Source: Calcarisporiella thermophila CBS 279.70 | Lineage: Eukaryota; Fungi; Calcarisporiellomycota | Length of the DNA: 64,000 nucleotides | NCBI RefSeq assembly: GCF_041956535.1 | Contig: NW_027192194.1 | Coordinates: 878,009-942,008 of the forward strand | Direction: 5' to 3' | Shown here: one piece after another, positions 1 through 12,758 of the stretch | Numbering within the stretch: the first letter of the stretch is position 1 | Layout: every line of letters starts with the position of its first letter | Notes under the pieces: generated by a model | The model's database searches: none | Told to the model about the DNA's origin: nothing | The model's input: the letters and a program-made list of their open reading frames with translations, nothing else | Made by a program: the position numbers and the translations under genes

Positions 1-626
1 TTGCCATTTCTAAATCGTATGCGTCTTGCCTAAAGTCATCAAGTATATATAATGTCCAATATAAAAGAGCAAAAATGAAAAAATAATTACTCAGAGTTCA
101 CTCTAGGAAATTTATGTGCGACTAGAATGCGTTCCCAAATTTCAGTATTCCTTGCTGAGATTAACTTATTAGAACAAACTTCTTTTAAGAGAGCAAGCTG
201 TGAAGGAGAAAGAAAGGTATTTTCGGTCGTAGATTTGCGGTGCACGATCTTCGATCGACCGAGTGGAGAAGAAGGAGCAGAATTGGACAAGGATCTACTT
301 GTTGGAGAGGTACCAAATAGATCAAAACTGCGACGCGATGATACAGAGCTTGTGGCGAACGAACTAGATTGCGAATAATAATTTGATGGAGTGAGAATCT
401 GTGGGTTTGAAAAACCAGAGGAGGCTGAGGAAATGGATAGTGTGTTTTCAATGTTTAGCGCAATCGGTTTTTTTGCTGTAGAGTGCGTGTTGTGATGCGG
501 AGCAATTAAATTTGATGAGAGAGCACGGTGAGGTGCGGAGGGAAATCTAGAGTGTTCAGGAGCGTGCCCTTGGATGGTTCGCCCACTTTCTCGTCGCAAA
601 TCGATATTATTCTTGTCGCTGTTCAT
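1..626 (-). CDS. Hypothetical protein, 5' part only (Ser/Pro-rich disordered N-terminus); continues off the left edge
   Basis: 179-aa ORF from ATG 626. GT donor near 89, TTTAG acceptor near 30, then the frame continues EQDAYDLEMA. No recognisable domain. Confidence 0.55.
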
Positions 627-812
627 TCACTGATAGAAGAGAACATAAATTATCGCTTAAGCGCGATCTATGATGATCTACTTCTTTACTCTATCAACTG
701 AATATGTGGAGAGATTTCCAGGTAGACAGCTAATTTGGCTAAGCCTCATCGAAATATATATATCACGATAATACTACACTCTATTTCCATCGGCTTCTCC
801 ACAAAAAACAGG

Positions 813-2534
813 ATGGGTTTTGACTTTGGGCGCCTCATCGTCGTCGGTGTCACCATTCTTATTGCCTTTATTGCCTATACCTCGCAAATATTCATATTTT
901 GGCGGTTTTTAGGAGGATGGGGCCGCGATGCTCTCTACATTCTTGGCCCCTTTAATATTATCGTTTTGATGATTTTTTGGAACTATTACCTCGCATGTGT
1001 CACTGATCCGGGACGCCCACCGAAGGGTTGGGTAGGTTACGTTTCGAATTTTATGTTATTATAGAAATAAAATTTGACATACTTTTGTATTAATTTATAG
1101 AAACCAGCTAAAGTCGAAGAGGAATCTAATGCCCCATTGAAAATGAAGCGCCGCTTACGGTTCTGCAAGAATTGTAATGTTTTCAAGCCTCCAAGAACAC
1201 ATCATTGTAGTTCCTGTAGAAGGTATGCTTGGCTTAACCCATTTTTATTTCAGCTGCTTATTTTATCTTTAGATGTGTTCTCCGAATGGATCATCATTGT
1301 CCATGGATAAATAATTGTGTTGGTCATTATAATTACGGCCATTTTATCCGATTCATTATATATGTTGATATTGGCACATTATACTGCTTTATCTTGCTAT
1401 GCATGCGTATTTATAATGTCTATAGTAGCATGCGGAGTTTTAGGGTAAGGTATCTCCTTTAAAATATGAGTTACGATATTATTGATTTAGCGATTTTTGT
1501 TTCCTTTTAGTATTATATATCACCAACCAACACAGAACTTGTATTCCTCGCCCTAAATCTGGTTTTCGATTTTGGCGTTCTCTTTTCTGTCGGAATTCTG
1601 AGCCTTTTTCAGCTCTACGGAATATCAACCAATGCAACTACAATTGAGGGATGGGAAAAAGATAAAGTCAAGAAGATGATCCGCAGAGGAAAGATCCCTC
1701 CTGTAATTACTCTAGTTCTTATTAAATTAGATTATTGTGAAGTGATATTATAACTGCAAATCTTTTAATAGCTGAAATATCCTTTCAACGTTGGTCTGAT
1801 AAATAATCTTAAGTCTGTCCTTGGGCCAAACCCTCTGCTCTGGTTCTGGCCACAGACAATGGTCGGAGATGGAATCGATTACCCCTGCACAGAAGGATCG
1901 GGTAAAGATTAACATTGACACTTTGAGGTGCCTGTAATTAAGTTTGCAAAAATTTGATCCAGATCCTTATACTTGGCCACCAAAAGATCCCGATGATCGC
2001 CCATCTATTTTTTCTCGCAAATATAGGGAACAACAGGAAAGCATAGCCTATTCACGACAGCATGTTCGCCGTGGAAGTGAAGGTTATATCGTTCAAGACA
2101 TCACGATGGAAGACCGCATGCGTATGCTTCAAAATTTAATCGATGCTGAAGAGAATGGTATTAGCGTAGATACTTTCAATGCGTATCAGAACCCACCCCC
2201 ACAAGGATGTGTTGGTGGTCATATTGCTGTAGATGAACAGGATGAGTACAGCTCAATCGATTCGGATCCGGAGATCTATAGCGAAGATGACTTTGAATAT
2301 GATGCATATAATTCTACCACTGTAGATGAATATAATGGTGAAAGAGACTCTCGGGGGAATATTGCCACAGTATCATCAGAGTATATTCAATCTCGAAATA
2401 CCTTTTCTGAAGATACTCTTGAACAGAGGCGCTCACGTTCTCCCCATAAAGATGATAATGATGACCACATTCCTTTAAGTCAATTGATTGCTAAAAAACA
2501 GCTGGCAGCAATGGGAAAACTTAGAGTTGACTGA
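813..2534 (+). CDS. PFA4: DHHC palmitoyltransferase, Pfa4-like (multi-exon)
   Basis: TM helices, TDPGRPP, RFCKNC..FKPPRTHHCSSC, MDHHCPWINNCVGHYNY (about 1286-1335), TTIEGWE, YPFNVG..NLKSVLG and WPPKDP. Confidence 0.9.
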
Positions 2535-2793
2535 TTTTTGTTTTCTTTATATATTTTGTTAACTAGAGTCTGCTTGTATATTTCTTCTTTGCTTTATCTT
2601 CCTTCAAAGCAAATGCTTAAGTGCATAATATTTCCCTTATTCTCCCAAAGTTATTATTTTTTGTTTGATTTTCTGAACATAGGATCATATTCTATACACA
2701 TTGCAAGATAAAAAAGAGTCATTAGTAATTTATACGGAAAACAATAACCTATTAATTCAAATAAAAAACCAAATTAATAGAAAGGGTAGAAAA

Positions 2794-5700
2794 TTAGTCG
2801 TCTTCGTCACTATCCGGCAAAATTCTTCGCACTACACGGTGTCGCTTCCACTTTTCTTCATTCACTTTCTCGTCAGCTTTATTCTCCTGTTTCTGAGAGG
2901 TGGGTTCTGCATTTGCGCTTTCTTCTTTTGATGGCTCAGGCTCTTTCAAGGAGGGGTTGAGATCGCGAATATCGTTAATTACTTCTTCAATAACTTCGTC
3001 CGCATCTTCTTCGCTTTCATATGAAGGTACTTCAGAACTGAAATGTGTCTTTGCAATCGAAGGAACAAAAGAATTAACTACTGTGGTATCAGTACTAACA
3101 CAATTGGTCGCTATGGGCTGAGGTTCTGGATCTTCTCCTCCATACATCTCAAGAATCGCCCTACTCGGGGAAATATTGGCCAGCTTGAGTTCAGCATCTC
3201 TCTTAGTGTCACTATTGCGCAACGGTGTCCGACCAAGCCCTCCACCAAATAGGTCTCTCTTCTGCTGGCGAGGACGCCTTTCCGTAAATGACCGAGGGGG
3301 TTCTAAAGGCCCGTCACGGAAGAGATAGAGCAGATCTTCAACTGATAATTTATTAAGCCTGGTGGAATTGAGCTCCCCAAGAGCACCTTTTGCAAGCTCA
3401 CGCTTCTTTTCCTGCAGTTCAACAATTTTATCCTCGACAGTGTCTGCGATAGTGAGCCTATTCACCCGTACGGGTTTAGTCTGTCCGATGCGATGTACAC
3501 GATCGATTGCTTGCTCTTCAACCGCTATATCCAAAATGTATAAATATACGTAGAGAATTGTTGGAATAATGAGAAAAGCTTACCTGGATTCCACCTGTAT
3601 AGTGTGAAATCAAATGTGCTTAATGAAATCCATCAAGTGAATTTAATTACATAATTACTACATACCAAACATCAAGCATAATAACATTATTTGCGCAAGT
3701 GAGATTGAGACTTGTTAAAAAAAAAAGCAAAGTATTATATAAAAAAATTCCAGTATAATTAGCAATATTTCATACCCTAAGGAACCACACTTCAGAGAAA
3801 GCAACATCACAGTGACGTTTGGATCTGTACGAAGAGAGTAGAGCGATTCTTCACGAGCTTTGTTAGACATAGAGCCATCATCTTTGCGTAAAGAAGTATG
3901 CAAAGAATTAGCCCAATTTGTAAATGGAAAAAGATATCAATACTCACACCGCACAAACACAAAATTCTTCTCGCGTATATGTTCTTCGATTAAGTCAAGC
4001 ATAGATGTGAACTAGTAAGGGGAGCCACATTAAACCTAAATATACAATATATTTAAGGAATATCTAACCTGAGAAAAGATTATAGTTTTCTCTTTAGGGT
4101 CTCGCTTGCGAGTTTCCTCGAGCACATTCAGCATGTGCTCAATTTTTGTTGAGGTGGTAAAGTTAAGCGAAATATCTTTCTTTTTCTTATCAAGGATCTG
4201 AGCTTCACACATATAACAATGCTCTTTTTTCCACCCTTCGGGTAACCTAATAAATAGTTAAGTAGAAGGATTAGAGCATTAATATCGGTAGTATTAAATA
4301 TGCTAGGTGTACTCACAGTTCCAGGCATACTACGCATTTTAGCGATTTTTCATTCTCCTCTCTCACATCCAATTTACCCATCATATTGGCCAAGTCGCTT
4401 TCGACACTCTCATCTTCATCGCGAACTTGAAATGGATTAGTTAAGAGTTCAACAGCATCGCTCTCTTTAACACCTCTTTGAACTAACTGAGGGTGATTAC
4501 ACGCTTAAATAATTTGGTTTAGTATCAAGGGTAAGTGGATAACCATATATACTAAAATATTTACCTTGACGTAAACGTAATAGCAAGCATAAGATATTCG
4601 TATAGTTTTTGGAAACATTTCCTGCGTCGACAAATCTGTCAAAAATAGCGTCCATACGCTCTTTGAGAGTATCATAAAATGCGCGCTCTTGAGGATTGAA
4701 ATCAACGCGGAGAACCTTGACCTCACGTGTCGGTAAATTCAGCAAAGGCTTTCCGTCGATCTTGTGGTCTTTAGTGCGGCGAAGCATAATCGCCTTGAGC
4801 ACCACCTAATGACTACAAGGATTAGCAACATCACTCAAAAAATTTAAATTGGGATAAACCTGTAGCCGTTGTAGTGCTGTTTTAGCGCGTCCTTGCTGCA
4901 AAGGTGAGACAATTTGGTGTTTGAATGTGGGATAATCATCATATGGCTTCACGCGCAAAAATTTAAATAAACTGTATAGCTCGTCAACATTATTCTATCA
5001 ACCAATTAGAAGTTTATCAATAATTTAGTGTGAATAGAAAGATAAGCTCAGCTGTACTTGTATAGGTGTGCCCGTTAGACACCATCGTTTAACGGCAGAT
5101 AGCTCAGTACATCCAATCGCACTTCTAGTCGATTTATTTTTGATAGTTTGGGCCTCATCTAATTAAAACGGGAGCATGTTTAGTAAATTCAGTAAAGGTG
5201 AGGTTGCAGTATAATTAAAATAGAAGATTCCAACCTAAAACTACACGGTAAAATTTTGCGCGGAAAAGGGGACCAAGTGATTTTGTTGCTTTTGGAAGAT
5301 CACTGTCGTCATCGCTTTCAGATTCTTTATCATTTTTTTTCGACTTAATTTTCTCTCCTTTAGGCCATTCAAGTGCAACCACTTGATACGTAGTGACAAC
5401 CACGTCATATCTCATTAGTCGTTTTGGATCTTTAGTGCGAGAAGGCCCATGGTGAACATAAACAGAAAGAGATTCTGGTGTGGTCTTTGACTTGATCTCA
5501 CATTCCCATTGTCGAATCAATGCAAGAGGAGCTACTATTAAAGTTGTTTTGATATTCGCATCTGTAGATCTGTTTGAAAGCATTAGGGACAATGTTTGGA
5601 TAGTCTATCCATAAAAAAAATAATGAATGCCTTCAATTAAAAATATTGTAACAAGTTAAATTACCTTGCCTAAACCCATCTATGTTTAAAAATTAAAGTT

Positions 5701-6563
5701 ATATCAGTTAGAACTTTTCATTTGATAGTGAAGCAATTTGTAAATAATTATAATTCAAACCCACATCCTATATTAATAAAAATCATCAATTATTAAAGAA
5801 AAATCAAATCAAACGGGGATACAAATCAGACTCACATCAGCAAGAATTCCTCCTGATTTCTTATCACGCTCTCGATCTACTAGCCATTTTAAACCATGGA
5901 GTTGGTGAGGCATAAGAGTTATTAGCAAATCAGAAGGAACTTTGACATCCATTGTAACATCGTCCACTTCCGATGGAATAGACTTTATAAGTTCCTGAAT
6001 TTCCTCTTCTTTCTTACGCGGATTCATCGCATAGGCGGATTCAGCATCCGCAAACTCGGTAGAACCGCGACTAATCTTACTTGGAGTCATGGATTTGTAC
6101 ATAGAAATCTCGCTATCAGAAGGGGCTATCCGCTCTTTATATGATTTAAGGGATGAAGCCGAATATTTTTGCTTCCATGATGGGCTATTGGGACGTCGTG
6201 GTTCCAAGAAATTTGAATCTTGCAAATAAGCTAGAGATGAATGAATGAATGAAAGTCAAAATTTTAAGACAATAATCGCAAAAGCAATTTACCAGAGATT
6301 TTGTTTCGGACAAGATTTGCCGCGCCATTTTGTTGATGGACGACTTTAGCAGCTTGTGGAGCTTCACTCACTGTGGGTGGCATATTACGAGAGACAGAAG
6401 AATTAAAATTTCTGGAATAATTTGTTGCAGCTTCAATTGCGGATGAAAAAGCGTTGTACTGTTGATTCTGCGAAGAACTATTTAATTTAGAAGCCTTTGG
6501 CTTCTCTTTGGGCTTATTGAATATCGAAGCGGTATATTGTTTAAATTGTTTATCGCGTTCCAT
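2794..6563 (-). CDS. SNF2-family helicase/ATPase (Rad5/Rad16/Uls1-like subgroup), many introns and micro-exons
   Basis: GGILAD-D-MGLGK-T motif [55 protein letters not shown] and [19 protein letters not shown]. Confidence 0.9.
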
Positions 6564-6776
6564 TACTACTCAATTATATTAAAAATACGCGTATCTTTAG
6601 TAGAAATTGAAAAGTTTGCCTCCGCGTTATGAATTTTTTAAGCCGCAATTTTATGTGACAACTTTGTGCATCCCGGTGTAAACAGAATGCAAGTCACATA
6701 TTTAAGCATTTTAAATACTCAACTTGCTATTATTGAGTTGAGTAGTTATACGACTGTTATACTTCACCCATCAAGT

Positions 6777-8968
6777 ATGGATGCGTTTCGTCTTTTATGC
6801 AGCGGTGCTCGTTTTGATCGCAAACGTTTTCGTAACGAGATCGATCTCTTCCAACCTGAAATAACACAGAAAGAAGATTCCGAAAATACCGATGAAGCTA
6901 CTCAGGCAAATCTCTTGCAAGAGATTGATTTCTTCAAATCGACTAAAACTAGTTCCAAACCCACTGAGAAAACAAAGAAAGATCGAAAACGTAAAACTGA
7001 GAAAATTGCAGGCAATCAAGAAACAGAACAAGGTTTTTTTAAATTTACTGAATGTCAGTTTTTTAGCGTGCTAACTTTTAATGCTGACACAGAAGATACA
7101 ATCCCGGATCTGCACGATAGAGGATCCACATTTAAGAATCAAGATGAAGTTATCGCTTTTCGTAAAGAAAATCGTATTAAGATCTACGGAAATGATGTAC
7201 CGAATCCGTTGCGTACCTTTGATGATCTCACTTATCAATACGAGTTACTTCCATACCTGAATCGTAACCTGAAAAATGCCGGATATGATATGCCCACGCC
7301 AATTCAGATGCAATCTATCCCTATTATCCTTCATGTAAAAGCTTCTTATTAAGCTATTATAACACTCTACATTTTAACATTTCTCATTTTATTTTAGGGT
7401 AGAGAAATCATTGCCTGTGCTCCCACTGGATCCGGAAAAACACTTTCCTATATTCTACCTATCTTACATGAACTTAAAGCACCTGAAAAAATTGGCTATC
7501 GAGCACTCATTATTTCGCCTACAAGGGAATTGGCGCAACAGGTAGTATCATGCATTGATGATCTATTGTCATTTCGTAAACTAAAGATATATATTAGATT
7601 TATCGAGAAATTAAAAGACTTGGAACTGGCAAAAAATTCAAAATATGCATGCTCACAAAAGCAACGGCTGCTACTCAGGCAAATGACCCAAAATTACGCC
7701 AAAAATTTGGTGAGTTTTGCCTGCCTAATTATTTTATGTTTTATATCTGACCTCCTCATATTCATATATTTATTAGACATTCTTATTAGCACGCCATTAC
7801 GACTGGTTCATGCTATTCAAAATAATCATGTTGAACTCAATCATGTGAAGCATCTCGTCCTGGATGAAGCCGACAAATTGCTCGAACTCGGTTTTCTTGA
7901 ACAAACAGATGAGATTTTTGCAGCCTGTTCTTCGCCTCGTCTCCAAAAATTACTCTTCAGTGCAACAATACCCGCTGGAGTGGAAGAGCTTGCAAAGACG
8001 GTAATGAAAGACCCAATTAGAGTAGTGATTGGAACTAAGTAAGTTTCCAAAAAGTTTGCTAGGCATTAAATTCACAATACTCATGCACAATTGATAGGAA
8101 TGCGGCAACAGAAACAATTGAACAAAAACTTATCTATGTTGGTCAGGAAGAAGGAAAGCTCATTGCTATTCGGCAGATGGTACAAGAGGGAGGCTTAAAA
8201 CCCCCTGCGCTAATATTCGTACAGTCAATCGAGAGAGCCAAAGAGTTGTTTCACGAGTTAATTTATGATGGAATTAATGTCGACGTTATCCATTCAGAGC
8301 GCACAAAAGCTCAACGAGATAATATTGTTGATAATTTCCGTACTGGGAGAATTTGGGTGCTAATTGCAACAGAGTTGATGGCCCGTGGTATGGATTTCAA
8401 GGGAGTAAATTTGGTTATCAATTATGACTTCCCGCAGACAGTTCAGAGTTATATCCATCGAATTGGTTCGTATTGCATAAAATGCGTTCAATTAGTTTAA
8501 CCATTTTTTAATTATATTTTATTTGATCAGGTCGTACTGGGCGTGCTGGCAAGTCTGGATCTGCTGTGACTCTATTCACGAAAGATGATGCTCCTTATCT
8601 CAAATCGATTGTGAATGTTATGCGAGAATCGGGGTGCGAGGTGCCTGAATGGATGCTTCAGTTGCACAAACCTTCAAAAGATACAAAGAAGAATCTCAAA
8701 CGTGCACCACCTAAACGCAAGACGATCAATACGATGTCAGAATATGACAAAAAGAAACTGGCTCATAAAAAGTAGGTTTTAATACAGAATCTCTAACTTA
8801 GATACAGTTTTTTCAATTATATTATATAGGGAAATCATTGAGAACTCGAAAAAACGCAAGTTGCGACAACTTGACGCTAAAAATAGTGTTACCCAAGAGA
8901 CAACTGAAAACGAGTCTAGTACTAGAGATAAAAAATTAAAGAAGAGGCGGGAAAATACGCAAAAGTAG
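6777..8968 (+). CDS. ROK1: DEAD-box RNA helicase Rok1/DDX52 (18S rRNA processing)
   Basis: [46 protein letters not shown] and YIHRIGRTGRAG. Last exon 8830-8968 ends TAG. Confidence 0.92.
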
Positions 8969-9393
8969 AGCAGAGTGCTTAATTAACACATGTATATAGA
9001 AAAATATCATAACCTTAATAAACCCTTAGATTTCTTAAAGCTTACACCAAATTATTTTGAGTTGAGAACATTATATAATTATTTATAAAATATAATTTGC
9101 AGATAAAGCTTTGAAGTTTTCATTATAAATTCGAAATGACGAAAACTGTTTCTTTATTTGAATACAGGGGCGCTCAAAAAGTAATTCCTCTTTATCTACT
9201 CTTGCAACTTCCTAAATGATAATTCGCTATATTACCTCTTTAGATTAGGCTTTCTATTCTGTTTTTAAAGCTGTCTACAATCCACTTTACTCTCATATTG
9301 AAAGCCTATGGTAAAAAAAAAATAGCGCAAGCATATCGAAATTTGGATGAATATGATAATAGCCTTATAGTAAAAAAAAAAAGAACAAAGCAT

Positions 9394-10227
9394 CTAGAGC
9401 AATATAATAACAATGAAACCAATCGCACCCAAGGACCATAGAGAATTTCTCACCGAACTCCCCTTTGCAATTACTTTCGTAGGGGTCTTACGAGATAAAA
9501 AGAAAGTTGAGGTTCCTGTGTGGGAACCAAGGCCACTAGTACTTGTCCAGACTGTCATCAATGAGTGTAATTCTGGCGTGCTTGATGAAATTAAAGATAT
9601 ATCTGAGCGCATTGGGGTTGAAGATAATAATGGTAAATCTGTAGATTTTGTTAAGTAGGAGTTACTTGTTGGTACAATATGTGACCACTGAGAAGTAGCT
9701 AATGAAGTAGGTCGGATTATTTCAATACTAGAAGTTGGCCGATATTCAGATTTTTCAGCCAAAAAAGATGCGGATGTGTTCTCAATGGAAAGCTTTTCTT
9801 CAGAAGTCGATATTTTCTTGGGCTTCCGTTCTTCTTGCGACATATAATTTCTTTCAATACATCCATTGACGCAGTTTATTCTCAGAGCTTCTGAGAGACT
9901 GGATTGCATACAGTTCCCCACACAGTCTGTAGTGCGTCTAGCTTCTTCGTTGGTTGGACTAGGAACTCTATAGCTAGAATGAAAAATTGGTGAAAACATT
10001 TATAATTTCAAACTGATAAAATGTATATCACACCATTTGGCAATGCATCGAATATTATTCCCGCACTGATGCAATCGTAGACACTCTGCTACAGAAGTTT
10101 GAGGAGGCATATTGGCTAAAGGAGCATCGAATTTACCGACAGCATCTTCCCCATTGACGACCATAATGGCTTGGAAGGATATTAGAACAAGAATGGAGAG
10201 TAAAATCGAAATTGACGGATACACCAT
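9394..10227 (-). CDS. Secreted, probably GPI-anchored 8-Cys protein with Ser/Thr stalk (exons 10227-10034 and 9973-9394, 257 aa)
   Basis: Hydrophobic signal peptide, C-x5-C-x5-C-x3-C-x16-C-x3-C-x12-C-x3-C, S/T-rich linker, hydrophobic C-terminus. Paralog at 34606-35151. Confidence 0.8.
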
Positions 10228-10650
10228 GTTTTTCGATACGCAGTATGCAATTGAGTATATAATCGCGTAGAAAATTTTGTAATGGTCAAAAATAAATGCC
10301 AGGTTTAAGGTAAGAAAAAAATAATATGGTATATTTTATATCTAATTGAGACTCTCAAAATGAGCATATAATATTAAGGAAGCTTGGAATTTGGCAAACT
10401 ACAAAAAACTCAATTCAATAAAAAAGTATGTGAAAATGGAAAAATCAATTGCATAAGCTCAATAATGCATAATATCTATGGGAGTTAATCATTACAAAAA
10501 TGTCGTCGTTACAGATATTTTAATTCTGTTGAGCTTGCTCTTGCTCAAATTTCATCCATCCAAGTTCCAGATATTCACGATGGAAAAATGTTATTTTCTT
10601 CAGCTCAATTCTCTCTGTTGCACCTATTATTTATAAACCTAGAGTCCAAA

Positions 10651-12271
10651 ATAAAGCGATAGAGTCACAAAAGCTAATTTTTTTTAACAAAGGACCTTTA
10701 TTGAAAAGTGTCCTATCCTGTTAAAAAGGTAGGGTAGCTTCTACGTCAAAATCACCCAGGTAATGCTCCTGGCCTACCTTGCAGAATTTGGAGGATAGAA
10801 GGTAAAAGAAAGAAAGGAAGAAAAGGATTTAAGTGTAAGAGGAAGAGAGAAAAGGTGATGAGGAGAGAGCTAGGAGAGTATGGAAACAGCAATTAGTTTA
10901 ATAAAGAAGGGGATAGGAATAACTGTAAGAGGGGGGGATAAAAAGTTGTGTGCAATGGTATTAAGATAGGCTGCTTATGTACATGAAATAACGAAAAGAA
11001 GTGAAGGATTGAAAAAGTAAAGGAAGAGGAAAGGAGAAAAAAAAAAGTAGGGAAAAGAACGATAGAGGAGATGGTATTAATATACAGCAGTGGAGGGTTG
11101 GGTGCAGTTCTCAAGCCGGAGTTGGGGCTGGGATTTGATCTTCAGAGGTGTCCTGGGTGAAAATCACAGAATCATCTATGATGTTCACCCAGTTTCCCCT
11201 TGACCATTTATCGATGAAGTCTCTTTTCCGTTCGTGTTTCATTGCCATCCACCACTTGGATTTTATTCCTCGCTGTAGTTCGTGGTCAAATTGTTTGGTT
11301 ATGGCTACCGGATTGGGTTGGACATCGTCCAGCACTAATTCAAGTCTCGAGCGGTATATTATCCACAGGGCTATGTCGTGGCTCAGAGCAACCACTTCGT
11401 TGAAGCGTTGACTTATTTGTTTGTCTTGTCCAAACAGTCTGTCTTCTCTCGTGGATTCGTGTGGCGGTATTCCAATTATTCGGCAGTTTGTCTCATCAAC
11501 TCTTTGCCAGAGTTGCGCGATAGCTGGGCAGTCTAGAAAGGCATGGGCAATTGTTTCAGGTATCCCTAGGGAACACCTTTTGCAAGTGTTAGGATCTCCA
11601 GTCCATTTGCTAGTGATGATTCCGGTAACTATTTTATGCTTCATAAGTCTCCAGAGAAGGGTTCTGTGCTTGGGTTCTGACGGACGACTTTTCCACCTGG
11701 CCCATGCCTTCGTCCATCTGTCAACATCATTGGAAACGTCCTTCCATTCCTCGGTGATTATGATTGGCGCATCCTGCTTGTATAGTCTCCCAGCTTTGGT
11801 GGTGTAAGCGGTGGTCTCAATCCCTGCAATAGAACATTTTGTTAAAGGAAAATTGTGTTTGTTACCAACAAGAGGGATTCGCTGTGTGAGAGTCTCGGCG
11901 AGTCGTTTATCTAGGTGGAGCAACTTTCTCCTCCATAGTAGGTGAAGATCGAGATAATGCTCTCTGAATTCCCTCGAGTATCTGTCAGGGTTCCTTGCGA
12001 CTAGGGCGTGCACCTCGGGTTCGATCATCGGTTGGTAAATATTGTCTCTGTGCGGTTTGAAGAAATCTTCCAATTTCGCTAGCCCGAATTTTTCTGCCTT
12101 CCCTTTCACTGGTGCTCCTTCTATAGTAAAATAGGAATTGTTACTAATGGGGAGGGGGAGTACTTCATCTAGGGTGAATCTGTATCCTTTGGTTAAAGAG
12201 TCACAAAAGCTAAGCCTCCATCCTCTACTACTGCACCACTGATCCTTTTAGTTCTAAATTTCCTCACAACA
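10651..12271. repeat. Older, partial copy of the solo-LTR terminus, split by the LINE (10651-10677 + 12214-12271)
   Basis: With the LINE removed, about 85 bp align to 12638-12749; the last 58 bp have 6 mismatches. Ends in the same TCACAACA. Confidence 0.75.
10678..12196 (-). mobile_element. 5'-truncated non-LTR retrotransposon (L1/Tx1-like LINE), ORF2 C-terminus with zf-RVT
   Basis: Frame open 12194-11111 with CKRC..ETIAHAFLDC zinc knuckle. Pyrimidine-rich 3'UTR, AATAAA (10702-10697), A8 tail (10685-10678). Perfect 17-bp TSD AGAGTCACAAAAGCTAA at 10661-10677 and 12197-12213. Confidence 0.92.
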
Positions 12272-12282
12272 CAAATACATTA

Positions 12283-12749
12283 TGTTGCGTCGAATATATG
12301 TCTAATAAGGTCTATCCCGACAATCCTCTAGCTATCCCTAAGCTCTTGATTGTCCTTCCTTAAGCACTTCAAAAGACTAATAAACGACACAATATGGTGG
12401 TTTGAAACGTATCCAGTTCTATCTCAATACAAAATAGCACGTCTTTTATTGTAAATGAAATATCGGTCTTTTTATACTGTTATTAACGTATCACATAAGG
12501 AAAAGTATAAATAATAAAAGTAATAAAATGGCATCATCTCAATATAATAAAGTTATCATAAAACAAGGTTGGCGTAATAAACAACCGTATAATATTAAAT
12601 ATTCTCACAAAAGGGCTCAGTTAAAGAAATAAAGATGATAAAGCGATCAATTCACAAAAACTAAGCCTCCATTTTTTGGATCAATGGCTAAGCCTCCATT
12701 CTCTACTACTGCGCCATTGATCCATTTAGTCCCAAATTTCCTCACAACA
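12283..12749. mobile_element. Putative solo LTR (467 bp) abutting tRNA-His
   Basis: Starts TGTTGCG and ends CACAACA (TG...CA with short terminal inverted repeat). Flanked by ATTA at 12279-12282 and 12750-12753. No ORF. Confidence 0.7.
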
Positions 12750-12758
12750 ATTAAAAAT

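Noticed and set aside
10501-10622. TGTCG (10501) and TGTTGCA (10616) as the far end of the older LTR
   Set aside because: Neither has a flank matching CAAA(T) after 12271, and neither aligns well to the start of the younger element.
10893-11114. 73-aa hydrophobic ORF after the LINE ORF
   Set aside because: Translation of the pyrimidine-rich LINE 3'UTR.
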